64,000 bases of DNA from an uncultured Oscillospiraceae bacterium. GTDB lineage: Bacteria; Bacillota; Clostridia; Oscillospirales; Oscillospiraceae. The stretch spans positions 465 through 64,464 of the forward strand of contig CAKTVG010000003.1 in NCBI GenBank assembly GCA_934622035.1, in the 5' to 3' direction. The position numbers were made by a program, and so were the translations under genes. The notes under the pieces are model-generated. The model was not told where the DNA came from. It worked only from the letters and a program-made list of their open reading frames with translations, and did no database searches. Positions 9,303 to 17,825 of the stretch are shown in pieces (position 1 is the stretch's first letter; every line of letters begins with the position of its first letter).

Positions 9303-9491
9303 TCAGAGCACCTGATAGCCCGCCGCGGTGACCGCCTGGCGCAGCTGCTCCTCCGTCGCCGTGCCGGTGACCTCGGCGCTCTTGTTTTCCAGGCTGACCT
9401 CGACCGTCTCCACGCCGGGCACCGCCTTGAGCGCCTTTTCCACGCGGGTACGGCAGTGGCCGCACATCATTCCCTGAATTTTCAGTGTCAT
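9303..9491 (-). CDS. copZ: Heavy-metal-associated (HMA) domain copper chaperone
   Basis: 62 aa with the MxCxxC motif (GMMCGHCRTRVEKAL), AAGGGAGAT RBS. A TTGACA-17-TACTAT promoter lies upstream. Confidence 0.85.
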   Translation of the reverse strand: MTLKIQGMMCGHCRTRVEKALKAVPGVETVEVSLENKSAEVTGTATEEQLRQAVTAAGYQVL

Positions 9492-9603
9492 GGTTCGTAT
9501 CTCCCTTCGGATGATCTTATGTATATATAGTATCTCCGCATCGCTGCTTTGTCAATCCTTGCTTTTTCGGGGATTTTACGATATGATAGCGCAGGTGATA
9601 TAA

Positions 9604-10257
9604 ATGGAACTGATTTATGAAGACGCGCAGCTGCTCGTCTGCTACAAGCCGCAGGGGGTACTCTCTGCCGCAGACGCTTCCGGCAAGCCCAGCATGACAA
9701 GCCTTCTGGCGCCGCGCACGGTCTACCCCGTCCACCGGCTCGACCGCGAGGCCTGCGGTCTGATGGTTTTTGCGAAAACGCAGGCCTGCGCCGCCGCGCT
9801 GTCTGCCGCAATGCAGCAGGGCGCATTTCAGAAGGAATACCTGGCGCTCTGCGAGGGCACACCGCCGGTCTCCGGCGTGTGGGAGGACCTTCTCTACCAC
9901 GACCGGACGAAAAACAAAACCTACGTCGTCAAGCGCCGACGCGCAGGCGTCCGCGAGGCGAAGCTCGCCTACCGTGTCCTCTATTCTGCTGCCGGGCAGA
10001 CGCTCGCCGCCGTGCGGCTTTTCACCGGCCGGACGCATCAGATTCGCGTGCAGTTTGCCTCACGCGGCTTTCCGCTCAAGGGTGACCGAAAATACGGCGC
10101 AGCCTCCGCCGGGCCGCTCATGCTCTGCTCCTGGGGTCTCTCCTTCCCGGAAAGCGGAGAAAATCGCGCATTTTCCCTGCCGGAAGAGCTGCTTCCGCCG
10201 GAGATTGCGGCAATTGTGCGCAATCCCGCTTGTAAAACGGAGCGATCCGTACTATAA
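9604..10257 (+). CDS. RluA family pseudouridine synthase
   Basis: It carries the catalytic HRLDREACG motif and FQKEYLAL; the 217-aa length matches the RluA/TruC class. Confidence 0.85.
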   Translation: MELIYEDAQLLVCYKPQGVLSAADASGKPSMTSLLAPRTVYPVHRLDREACGLMVFAKTQACAAALSAAMQQGAFQKEYLALCEGTPPVSGVWEDLLYHDRTKNKTYVVKRRRAGVREAKLAYRVLYSAAGQTLAAVRLFTGRTHQIRVQFASRGFPLKGDRKYGAASAGPLMLCSWGLSFPESGENRAFSLPEELLPPEIAAIVRNPACKTERSVL

Positions 10258-10288
10258 TGAAAATAACATTTTTGTTGGGGGAATTCCT

Positions 10289-11653
10289 ATGGCAAATATC
10301 CGCAAACGTTTAGACAAATACCTTCTTCCGGGCAAGCATATCCACCTCATCGGCATCGGCGGCGTGTCCATGCGCCCGCTGGGCCTGGTTCTTCGGGACA
10401 AGGGCATGATCGTCACCGGTTCTGATATGAACGCCTCTGTCTCCACGGACGAGCTGATTGCCAAGGGCATCACAGTTCACATCGGTCACCGCCCGGAAAA
10501 CATTGAGGGCGCGGACTGCATCATCCGCACCGCCGCGGCACACAACGACAATCCCGAGATCGCCGCCGCCCGCGCACAGGGCATTCCCGTTTTCGAGCGC
10601 GCACAGGCCTGGGGGCTGATTATGCGCGAGTATAAAAACGCCATCTGCATCTCCGGCACGCATGGCAAGACGACCACCACCTCCATGATCACCCACATCT
10701 TTATGGAAGCGCAGCGCGACCCCACCGTCATGCTCGGCGGCTATCTTCCCCTGCTGCACGCCGGCCACCGCGTCGGCAGCGGCGATACCATCATCATGGA
10801 AAGCTGCGAATACTGCGACTCCTTCCTGAATTTCTATCCCACCGTGGCCATCATCAATAACATTGAGGCCGACCATCTGGATTATTTCAAGGATTTGGAA
10901 GCCGTCGAGCGCTCCTTCCGCAAATTTGCCGGACTCGTGCCGCGCACAGGCTATGTCATTGCCAACGGCGACGACGCAAACACCGTCAAAACGCTTGCCG
11001 ACCTGCACTATATCTCCTTCGGCATTGCTCCCACAAACGACGTTCATGCGGAAAATCTCTCCGAGGATTTCCGTTCCTTCGATATCTACTGCTTCGGCAA
11101 GCTCTATACCCATGTGCACCTGAACGTCTACGGGCGGCACAATGTCTATAACGCGCTCGCCGCAGCCGCCGCATCCTACGTCATGAGCGTGGACGGCGAG
11201 TCTGTCGCACTGGGTCTCGCCTCCTTCACCGGCGCAGGCCGCCGCATGGAATTCAAGGGTCGCTATCACGGCGCGGATATCTATGACGATTACGCCCACC
11301 ACCCCGGCGAGCTGCACGCGCTCATCGACGCGGTGAAAACCATGGGCTACAAGCGCATCATTCTCGCCTTCCAGCCTCACACCTACACGCGCACCAAGGC
11401 GCTGTTCGATGACTTCGTCCGCGAGCTGAAGCGTGTGGACGTCGCCGTGCTGGCGGAGATCTATGCCGCACGCGAACAGAATACCATCGGCATCTCCTCC
11501 CGCGACCTTGCGCGGCAGGTGCCGAACGCCGTCTATTTTGAAACGCTTCCCGAGGTCAGCGCGCATCTGCGCTCCATCGCCTCAGAGGGAGACATCATCC
11601 TCACCGTCGGCGCAGGCGATATCTACAAAGCGGGCGAAGCCCTGCTGAAATAA
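10289..11653 (+). CDS. murC: UDP-N-acetylmuramate--L-alanine ligase
   Basis: Mur ligase motifs are present (IGIGGVSM, GTHGKTTTTSM, DDYAHHP). The start is MANIRKR with a GGGGGA RBS. The 9770..11653 ORF in the track is an over-extension of this gene. Confidence 0.95.
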   Translation: MANIRKRLDKYLLPGKHIHLIGIGGVSMRPLGLVLRDKGMIVTGSDMNASVSTDELIAKGITVHIGHRPENIEGADCIIRTAAAHNDNPEIAAARAQGIPVFERAQAWGLIMREYKNAICISGTHGKTTTTSMITHIFMEAQRDPTVMLGGYLPLLHAGHRVGSGDTIIMESCEYCDSFLNFYPTVAIINNIEADHLDYFKDLEAVERSFRKFAGLVPRTGYVIANGDDANTVKTLADLHYISFGIAPTNDVHAENLSEDFRSFDIYCFGKLYTHVHLNVYGRHNVYNALAAAAASYVMSVDGESVALGLASFTGAGRRMEFKGRYHGADIYDDYAHHPGELHALIDAVKTMGYKRIILAFQPHTYTRTKALFDDFVRELKRVDVAVLAEIYAAREQNTIGISSRDLARQVPNAVYFETLPEVSAHLRSIASEGDIILTVGAGDIYKAGEALLK

Positions 11654-11706
11654 TCCTCCACGCGCCCCCGAAAGGGAAACTCCCGAAAAACAAGTGAGGT
11701 GCCGTT

Positions 11707-14562
11707 ATGAAAAAGAAATTTCTCGCCCTCCTGCTCGTTCTCTGCCTGCTCCCGCTGCCCGCCTGCGCCAAAAAAGAGGCCGAGCAGCAGAGCTTCCAGT
11801 CGCTGAGCGGGCAATTCACCACCCGCATCGTTGAAGACGTGCAGGACGCGCGCATCGCCGTGCGCGAGGTCTTCGACGCACTCGGCATAGGCGGCGATAT
11901 CGAGCTGTCCGAGGGCACGCGCAGCGACGTGCTGGGCAACTCCTACTACCGCTTTGCGCAGGAATACGACGGATTGCCGGTCTACGGCCGCAGCGTCGTT
12001 TACGGCGCGGACAGCAGCGGCAGCGCAATTCTTCTCTCCGGCAACTACGCGCCGCTTTCCGGTCTGCGCACGGAACCGCGCCTGTCCAAGGAAGAGGCCG
12101 AGGCGGCGCTGGAGGAGCAAGGTTACACCGCTGCAAGCTGCGAGGGGCTGCAAATCTACTCCCTCTACGACAGCAAGCCCGCGCTTGCATGGGGCTTCCT
12201 TGCCGAGACGGAGGACGACTGCCTGCGCTGCTTCGTCTCCGCCGACACCGGCAAGCTGCTGGCGCAGTTTTCGCTGATTTTCACCGATGAGGAACGCCTT
12301 CACGACGCCCTTAACGACTATAATTTTTCTCTCTACGATGTAGAAGATAAAACAATTGTCGTAGAAAAATCAATTACGCTGGACCATTCGGATTCGGATA
12401 ATCAGTATACGTTCACCATGACCGTAAAAGACAGCACGGGCGAAGAGGAAGTTATCTCTACCGTTTCTCCCCTGACGACGCTGCCATTTCCGCAAAAAGC
12501 GTCCGAGCTTTTGTCCAATGCAGTACTTACCTATGAATTCTATCAGGAATTCTTCTCCCGTGAGGGCTTCAACGGAAAGAACGGTCAAACACACCTTGCT
12601 GTAAATGATCATAAATACGGCGATGTAAAAAACGCTTATTCCTGCGCCGGTGGAACCAAGGAGGTTACACTGATTGTGGTTGGAACGAAGTGCGCACCTA
12701 CTCTGAATTGCGTTGCGCATGAGTTCACACATTCCGTAGAACAGTCCATCAGCGGCATGGCATATCAGGGAGAATCCGGTGCCTTAATGGAAGGCTACAG
12801 TGACATCTTTGGTGAGCTTGTCGAGGACTGGAGTGACGGTACCACGGACGGCAACTGCGATTGGATTCACGGAGATCGAAATCTCATCCATCCGGAGGAA
12901 AACAACGATCCCTCCATCTATCAGGGCAAAAACTGGGCTGATACGTCAGCAAACTCTTCTGACAACGGCGGCGTCCATCAAAACAGCACTGTCATCTCCC
13001 ATCTGGCCTATCTGATGGCCCGCGGCATTGACGGCAGCGACGCCTATGAGGCGCTGAGCACGTCGGAGCTGGCAAGGCTTTTCTATGAAACGCTCTTCTC
13101 CCTGCCCTCGGACTGCACCTTCTCCCAGTTCCGCACGCTGCTGGAGCAGACCGCAGAGATTCAGGAGCTGAGCTTCAAAAAGCGGCAGTGCATTTCCGGC
13201 GCCTTCTTCCAGGCGGGCATCGGCAGCGCCTCCGTCACGCCCGTCTCGAAAACCGTCGCTCTGCGCGTGTTCGGCGTCGACGGCGAGCTTTACTCGGATT
13301 ACACCGTCCGGCTCATGCAGGGCGACGAGGCCTGGGTCATCCCCGCGGAAACCATTCTGGAAGAGGGTCTGACCTTCCCGAACGAGGGCGAATACGTCCT
13401 ATGGATTACGGACGACAACAATCCGGAAAACGCCTCCATGACATCCCTTTTCGTGTCAAAGCGCAGCGGCGCAAAGGTTCTGACCGTCCGTACAAATTTC
13501 GGCGAAGTCCAGCCGGACGGGCCGATCACCCCGCCGGTCGAATATGTCACGGATGCCTATACCGAGGAGCGCGACGTCAATCTTGAGATATACAACAGCG
13601 ACACCGGAAACTACGAGCTGACGCCCTATCATTTCAGTCTGCACCTTCCCAAGGTGGAGCTGGACAGCGAGGACGCCGCAGCGGTCAACCGGGAAATCTA
13701 CGATGCCTGGTACCCGCAAATTCAGGAATGGTTGGATTATGTGGATAACTATGACGGATCTTCCTCCCTCAGCGCATCGTATGAGTGGCGCTGCAACGGC
13801 GACATTCTCTCCCTCGTCGCCTGGCTAAACACCGGCTATGAGCCGTGGACGGACTACTTTGTCTTCAATTTCTCCATCTCCACCGGCAAGCTGCTGGATA
13901 ACGAGGACGTTATCGCCGCCTCCGCCGTAGAGAATTATCGGGACACGCTGCGCCTTGCCGCAGGCTCCGCATTCTTCGACAACCTCGCTGTGGTAGACTA
14001 CACCTCTGCTGCCGAGCGCTGGGACGAGGGTCACTTCACGCTTCTGAAGCGCACCATTGCCGACGACAACCTCGACCTGTGCCGTCCCTATCTTGACGGC
14101 AGCGGCAAGCTCTGCGCTTTGGCAACCATCTATCAGCCCGCCGGGAGCAGTTACTACTACACGCTGCTGCACCTGGAGGATTTCACGCCCAACGAGGGTT
14201 ATCTCGGATATCATCTCTCCCAGGAATCCGGCGGCGATCCCGGCTCCGGAACGGAGCCCACCGTGAACTCCTACAGGGATGTCTATCTCGACCTGCTCAG
14301 CCGGAATCCTGGCACGACCTACGCACTCTACGACATGGACGCGGACGGCATTCCCGAGCTGATCCTGTGCGACGCGCCGCAGCATTACACGGTCTACTCC
14401 TTCTATGGCGCAGATGAAGCGCTCTGCGGTTCCTTCTCCGCCTATCCGGGCGCGGTCTATGTCTATCCCGACGGCGGCATCGCCGTGCACAGCGGCGGCA
14501 TGGGCGGCATGCGTCTGGAATACCTCGACCGTTTCGCGCTGGAAAACGCCGCGCTGGTGTAG
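11707..14562 (+). CDS. Lipoprotein M4 (thermolysin-like) metallopeptidase with a long uncharacterized C-terminal extension
   Basis: The signal peptide carries an LPAC lipobox. An FTP/PepSY-like N-terminal propeptide region (YYRFAQEYDGLPVYG) is followed by the M4 zinc motif HEFTH and the thermolysin-like GGVHQNSTVISH box. The remaining 550 aa have no family I can recognise. Confidence 0.8.
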   Translation: MKKKFLALLLVLCLLPLPACAKKEAEQQSFQSLSGQFTTRIVEDVQDARIAVREVFDALGIGGDIELSEGTRSDVLGNSYYRFAQEYDGLPVYGRSVVYGADSSGSAILLSGNYAPLSGLRTEPRLSKEEAEAALEEQGYTAASCEGLQIYSLYDSKPALAWGFLAETEDDCLRCFVSADTGKLLAQFSLIFTDEERLHDALNDYNFSLYDVEDKTIVVEKSITLDHSDSDNQYTFTMTVKDSTGEEEVISTVSPLTTLPFPQKASELLSNAVLTYEFYQEFFSREGFNGKNGQTHLAVNDHKYGDVKNAYSCAGGTKEVTLIVVGTKCAPTLNCVAHEFTHSVEQSISGMAYQGESGALMEGYSDIFGELVEDWSDGTTDGNCDWIHGDRNLIHPEENNDPSIYQGKNWADTSANSSDNGGVHQNSTVISHLAYLMARGIDGSDAYEALSTSELARLFYETLFSLPSDCTFSQFRTLLEQTAEIQELSFKKRQCISGAFFQAGIGSASVTPVSKTVALRVFGVDGELYSDYTVRLMQGDEAWVIPAETILEEGLTFPNEGEYVLWITDDNNPENASMTSLFVSKRSGAKVLTVRTNFGEVQPDGPITPPVEYVTDAYTEERDVNLEIYNSDTGNYELTPYHFSLHLPKVELDSEDAAAVNREIYDAWYPQIQEWLDYVDNYDGSSSLSASYEWRCNGDILSLVAWLNTGYEPWTDYFVFNFSISTGKLLDNEDVIAASAVENYRDTLRLAAGSAFFDNLAVVDYTSAAERWDEGHFTLLKRTIADDNLDLCRPYLDGSGKLCALATIYQPAGSSYYYTLLHLEDFTPNEGYLGYHLSQESGGDPGSGTEPTVNSYRDVYLDLLSRNPGTTYALYDMDADGIPELILCDAPQHYTVYSFYGADEALCGSFSAYPGAVYVYPDGGIAVHSGGMGGMRLEYLDRFALENAALV

Positions 14563-14678
14563 CAGCCGCTTGCCAGCACGGAAGAGATTTCCTCCGACGC
14601 GCTTCAGGCAATGATCGCTTCCTACCAGATGATTCCCTTCTATGATGCGAGCGACCCCGCGCCGCTCGGCTGATAAGC

Positions 14679-14720
14679 AAAAAAACTCCGAGGCAGCCGC
14701 CTCGGAGTTTTGCCGTTTTT
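14679..14720. terminator. Bidirectional intrinsic terminator between the convergent peptidase and trpB2
   Basis: The hairpin CTCCGAGGC-agcc-GCCTCGGAG has AAAAAAA on its 5' side and TTTTGCCGTTTTTT on its 3' side. Confidence 0.7.
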
Positions 14721-14722
14721 TC

Positions 14723-16093
14723 TCAGTCCACCTTGGGCAGATGGGAAAGGCTTCTTGCAATGTCCTCGTCCGTGGGGATGGTATCGCTCATCTTGCCGTC
14801 GTTGTAGCTCTGGTAGGCATAGAGATCGAAGTAGCCCGTACCGGTCAGGCCGAAAACGATGGTCTTTTCCTCTCCCGTTTCCTTGCACTTGAGCGCCTCG
14901 TCGATGGCAACGCGAATGGCATGGCTGCTCTCGGGTGCAGGCAGGATGCCCTCGATACGTGCAAAGGTCTCCGCCGCTTCAAACACCTTCGTCTGCTCGA
15001 CGCTCGTCGCCTCAAGATAGCCGTCGGCGTAGAGCTGGGAAACGACGCTGCTCATACCGTGATAGCGCAGGCCGCCCGCGTGATTTGCCGAGGGAATGAA
15101 GCCGCTGCCCAGCGTGTACATCTTCGCCAGCGGGCAGACCATGCCGGTGTCGCAGAAGTCATAGGCATACTTGCCTCTCGTAAGGCTCGGGCAGGAGGCA
15201 GGCTCCACCGCGATGATGCGCATATCCGCCTCGCCGCGCAGCTTCTGACCGACAAAGGGTGCAATCAGGCCGCCGAGATTTGAGCCGCCGCCCGCGCAGC
15301 CGATGATGATATCCGGCTTGACGCCGTACTTATCCAGTGCCGCCTTCGTCTCCAGACCGATGACGGACTGATGCAGCAGCACCTGAGAAAGCACGCTGCC
15401 GAGCACATAGCGGTAGCCCTCCGTTGAGGTGGCCGTTTCCACCGCCTCGGAAATCGCGCAGCCGAGGGAGCCGGTTGTGCCGGGGAACTCTGCGAGAATC
15501 TTGCGGCCGACCTGCGTCGTATCGGAGGGAGAAGGCGTGACCGTCGCGCCGTAGGTGCGCATCACCTCGCGGCGGAAGGGCTTCTGCTCATAGGAGCACT
15601 TGACCATGTAGACCTTGCAGTCCAGTCCGAAATAAGAGCAGGCCATGGAAAGCGCCGTGCCCCACTGACCGGCGCCCGTCTCCGTCGTGACGCCCTTGAG
15701 GCCCTGCTTCTTGGCGTAATATGCCTGCGCAATGGCGGAATTCAGCTTGTGGCTGCCGGAGGTATTGTTGCCCTCAAACTTGTAATAAATCTTTGCAGGC
15801 GTGCCCAGCTTTTTTTCCAGGCAATAGGCGCGAACCAGCGGCGACGGGCGGTACATCTTGTAAAAATCGCGGATCTCCTCCGGAATCTCAATATACGCAT
15901 GCTCATTGTCCAGCTCCTGCTCCGCCAGCTCGCGGCAGAAAACGTGCGACAGCTCGTCGAGCGTCATTGGCTGAAGCGTGCTGGGGTTCAGCAGCGGCGC
16001 GGGCTTGTTCTTCATATCCGCACGGACGTTGTACCATGCCTTCGGCATCTCGGATTCTTCCAGATAGATCTTGTAAGGGATTTGTTCGTTCAT
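14723..16093 (-). CDS. trpB2: Tryptophan synthase beta-like PLP enzyme, TrpB2 family
   Basis: KIYYKFEGNNTSGSHKLNSAIAQAYYAKKQG...TETGAGQWG closely matches TrpB2-type enzymes. The start is MNEQIPYK with an AAAGGAG RBS; the longer ORF-track start lies inside the T-box leader. Confidence 0.85.
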   Translation of the reverse strand: MNEQIPYKIYLEESEMPKAWYNVRADMKNKPAPLLNPSTLQPMTLDELSHVFCRELAEQELDNEHAYIEIPEEIRDFYKMYRPSPLVRAYCLEKKLGTPAKIYYKFEGNNTSGSHKLNSAIAQAYYAKKQGLKGVTTETGAGQWGTALSMACSYFGLDCKVYMVKCSYEQKPFRREVMRTYGATVTPSPSDTTQVGRKILAEFPGTTGSLGCAISEAVETATSTEGYRYVLGSVLSQVLLHQSVIGLETKAALDKYGVKPDIIIGCAGGGSNLGGLIAPFVGQKLRGEADMRIIAVEPASCPSLTRGKYAYDFCDTGMVCPLAKMYTLGSGFIPSANHAGGLRYHGMSSVVSQLYADGYLEATSVEQTKVFEAAETFARIEGILPAPESSHAIRVAIDEALKCKETGEEKTIVFGLTGTGYFDLYAYQSYNDGKMSDTIPTDEDIARSLSHLPKVD

Positions 16094-16380
16094 TGCTGTT
16101 TCTCCTTTCAGAATGTGGGAGCGGGAGAATAAAAAAACTCCTGTCCCAGTTGATTTGCTGGGACAGGAGAGAATCCTGCGGTGCCACCCGGCTTGGCGCG
16201 ATGCGCCCACTTATGCGTACCAATATACGCCGGCTTTGTTCACGGAGTGCCGCTCCGTCTCACCTACTTGCTTCGGCTCGCCCTCCGATGCCCATTCGAA
16301 ACACGCTTCCGTACCGCACTCCCACCGCCGGCGGCTCTCTGTGACTTCTGCCTTGTTTTTACTTACGCATCTTCAACGGT
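16094..16380 (-). promoter_or_regulatory. T-box riboswitch leader (tRNA-Trp type) controlling trpB2
   Basis: The minus strand carries an AGAGAG GA-motif and a candidate specifier region ..CGAAUGGG... The conserved T-box sequence AAGCCGGGTGGCACCGCAGG (plus-strand 16178-16189 is its complement) lies immediately 5' of the terminator hairpin and overlaps its 5' arm. Confidence 0.7.
16131..16169 (-). terminator. Attenuator terminator of the Trp T-box leader
   Basis: A perfect 12-bp stem (CTCCTGTCCCAG/CTGGGACAGGAG) with an 8-nt loop is followed on the minus strand by TTTTTTT, about 35 nt upstream of the trpB2 RBS. Confidence 0.7.
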
Positions 16381-16387
16381 TTTCTGT

Positions 16388-16416
16388 ATTAAAGCACACT
16401 TGAGAGTATTTGTCAA
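16388..16416 (-). promoter_or_regulatory. Candidate promoter for the T-box/trpB2 transcript
   Basis: The minus strand reads TTGACA, a 17-nt spacer, then TTTAAT. Confidence 0.5.
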
Positions 16417-16432
16417 CCCCCAATTAACGTTT

Positions 16433-17815
16433 TTACTCCACCAGACGGTTCAGCCAGGCGATGTAGGCGTCCGAGGTCAGCATCATGGGATAGTTCATCA
16501 CAATGCAGTCCGTCACGCCCTGCTCCTTGGCAAAGGCGACAAGGTCCAAGGACGGCTTGCCGTCGCGGTTGAACTCCCGCGGGTCGATGACGATGATCTT
16601 GCCGTAATGGCTGGTCAGCCAGGGGGCGAAGGCATTGCCATACGACTCCTTCAAAAGGACACAGGTCGGGCCGTTGACGTCCGTGTCGATCACGCTGATC
16701 GGATGATCTCCGCCGAGGAAGCAAAGGTATTTGTTGGAAACATTGCTCACGCCGCTGATCACGCTCAGGCCGTCATAGGAATCCGTCAGCGTGGAATCCG
16801 AATAGACGCGCAGATTCGTCTTCACATACGGCCGGTAATAGAACACCGTGTCCGGGTTTTCTTTAAGGATCGCGCTTTGCGGATAGTCGCTCATGAAGGT
16901 GTACATCGAGCCGACGAAATCGTCCACCTCGCCCGTTTCAAACTTGCTCAGCGGCTCTGCCTTGAAGCCTCTCTGCGCGCAAAAGGCCGTGTAGGCATAG
17001 TACGCGCCGAGCTGCGTCCAGTGGTGATCCGTGCGGAAATAGATATATTCGTCCGTGTGCGCAGAGAGTCTGCTGTAGGAATCCACCGTCTTCACGGAGG
17101 CGTCCATCTTGCTGTAGCAATACTCGATCGCGTTTTTCTGGTCGTAGCTTCCCGTGCGGTACTCCTCGTCGGCATAGAAAGCCGTCGCATTCGGTACGAG
17201 CATGCTGTAGGTCGTCACACCGTTTGCGGCAAGCGCCTTGGAAATATTGGAAACAGAGGCGGCATATTTGTCAAACAGGTCGTAATCCGTATAGGCAAGC
17301 TCCATCGCCCTGTCGCCCACGAGCACGATTGTGCCGTAGCGCTCCGTGTCCGGATCCAGCGAAGCATCGTGGTTTGGATCCTGCGGCGTGCTTTCCTGCG
17401 GCTCTGAGGGTTCGGTGCTCTCCTGCGGCGTGTCGGAAGCCGGTTCGGACGGCGCACTGGCGTCGCTGTTGTCCGTGGGCTTAAGCTGCTCGCCGTGATC
17501 GGCACTGTTGTTCTTGCCCGTCATGATAAAGCTCGCGCTGTCCTTTCCGCCGATGGAGAAGGAATAAAAGCCGTTGAGCTTGCGGTTGGCGCTCAGATAC
17601 GCCTCACGGCTGGGGAAGGTATCGTCATAAAACGCGCCGAAATTTTCGCAGTAGCTGCCGTCCAGCAGAGAGGAAAGCGTCAGCTTGGGACGGGTTTGCA
17701 GCTTCCGCTTTTCGGATTCGGAATACGTTGCATCCTTGTCCAACAGCGAATACAGGCCGATGCTCAGCAGCAGTACAAGCATCGCCAGAGAGCAGATGGT
17801 ATAGAGTCTTTTCAT
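16433..17815 (-). CDS. DHHW family protein (SGNH/AlgX-like, probable O-acetyltransferase partner)
   Basis: It has a signal/TM anchor (MKRLYTICSLAMLVLLL) and the eponymous FRTDHHWTQLGAYYAY motif, with a GAGGAG RBS. It lies directly downstream of the MBOAT gene. Confidence 0.8.
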   Translation of the reverse strand: MKRLYTICSLAMLVLLLSIGLYSLLDKDATYSESEKRKLQTRPKLTLSSLLDGSYCENFGAFYDDTFPSREAYLSANRKLNGFYSFSIGGKDSASFIMTGKNNSADHGEQLKPTDNSDASAPSEPASDTPQESTEPSEPQESTPQDPNHDASLDPDTERYGTIVLVGDRAMELAYTDYDLFDKYAASVSNISKALAANGVTTYSMLVPNATAFYADEEYRTGSYDQKNAIEYCYSKMDASVKTVDSYSRLSAHTDEYIYFRTDHHWTQLGAYYAYTAFCAQRGFKAEPLSKFETGEVDDFVGSMYTFMSDYPQSAILKENPDTVFYYRPYVKTNLRVYSDSTLTDSYDGLSVISGVSNVSNKYLCFLGGDHPISVIDTDVNGPTCVLLKESYGNAFAPWLTSHYGKIIVIDPREFNRDGKPSLDLVAFAKEQGVTDCIVMNYPMMLTSDAYIAWLNRLVE

Positions 17816-17825
17816 TGCTGTCTCC

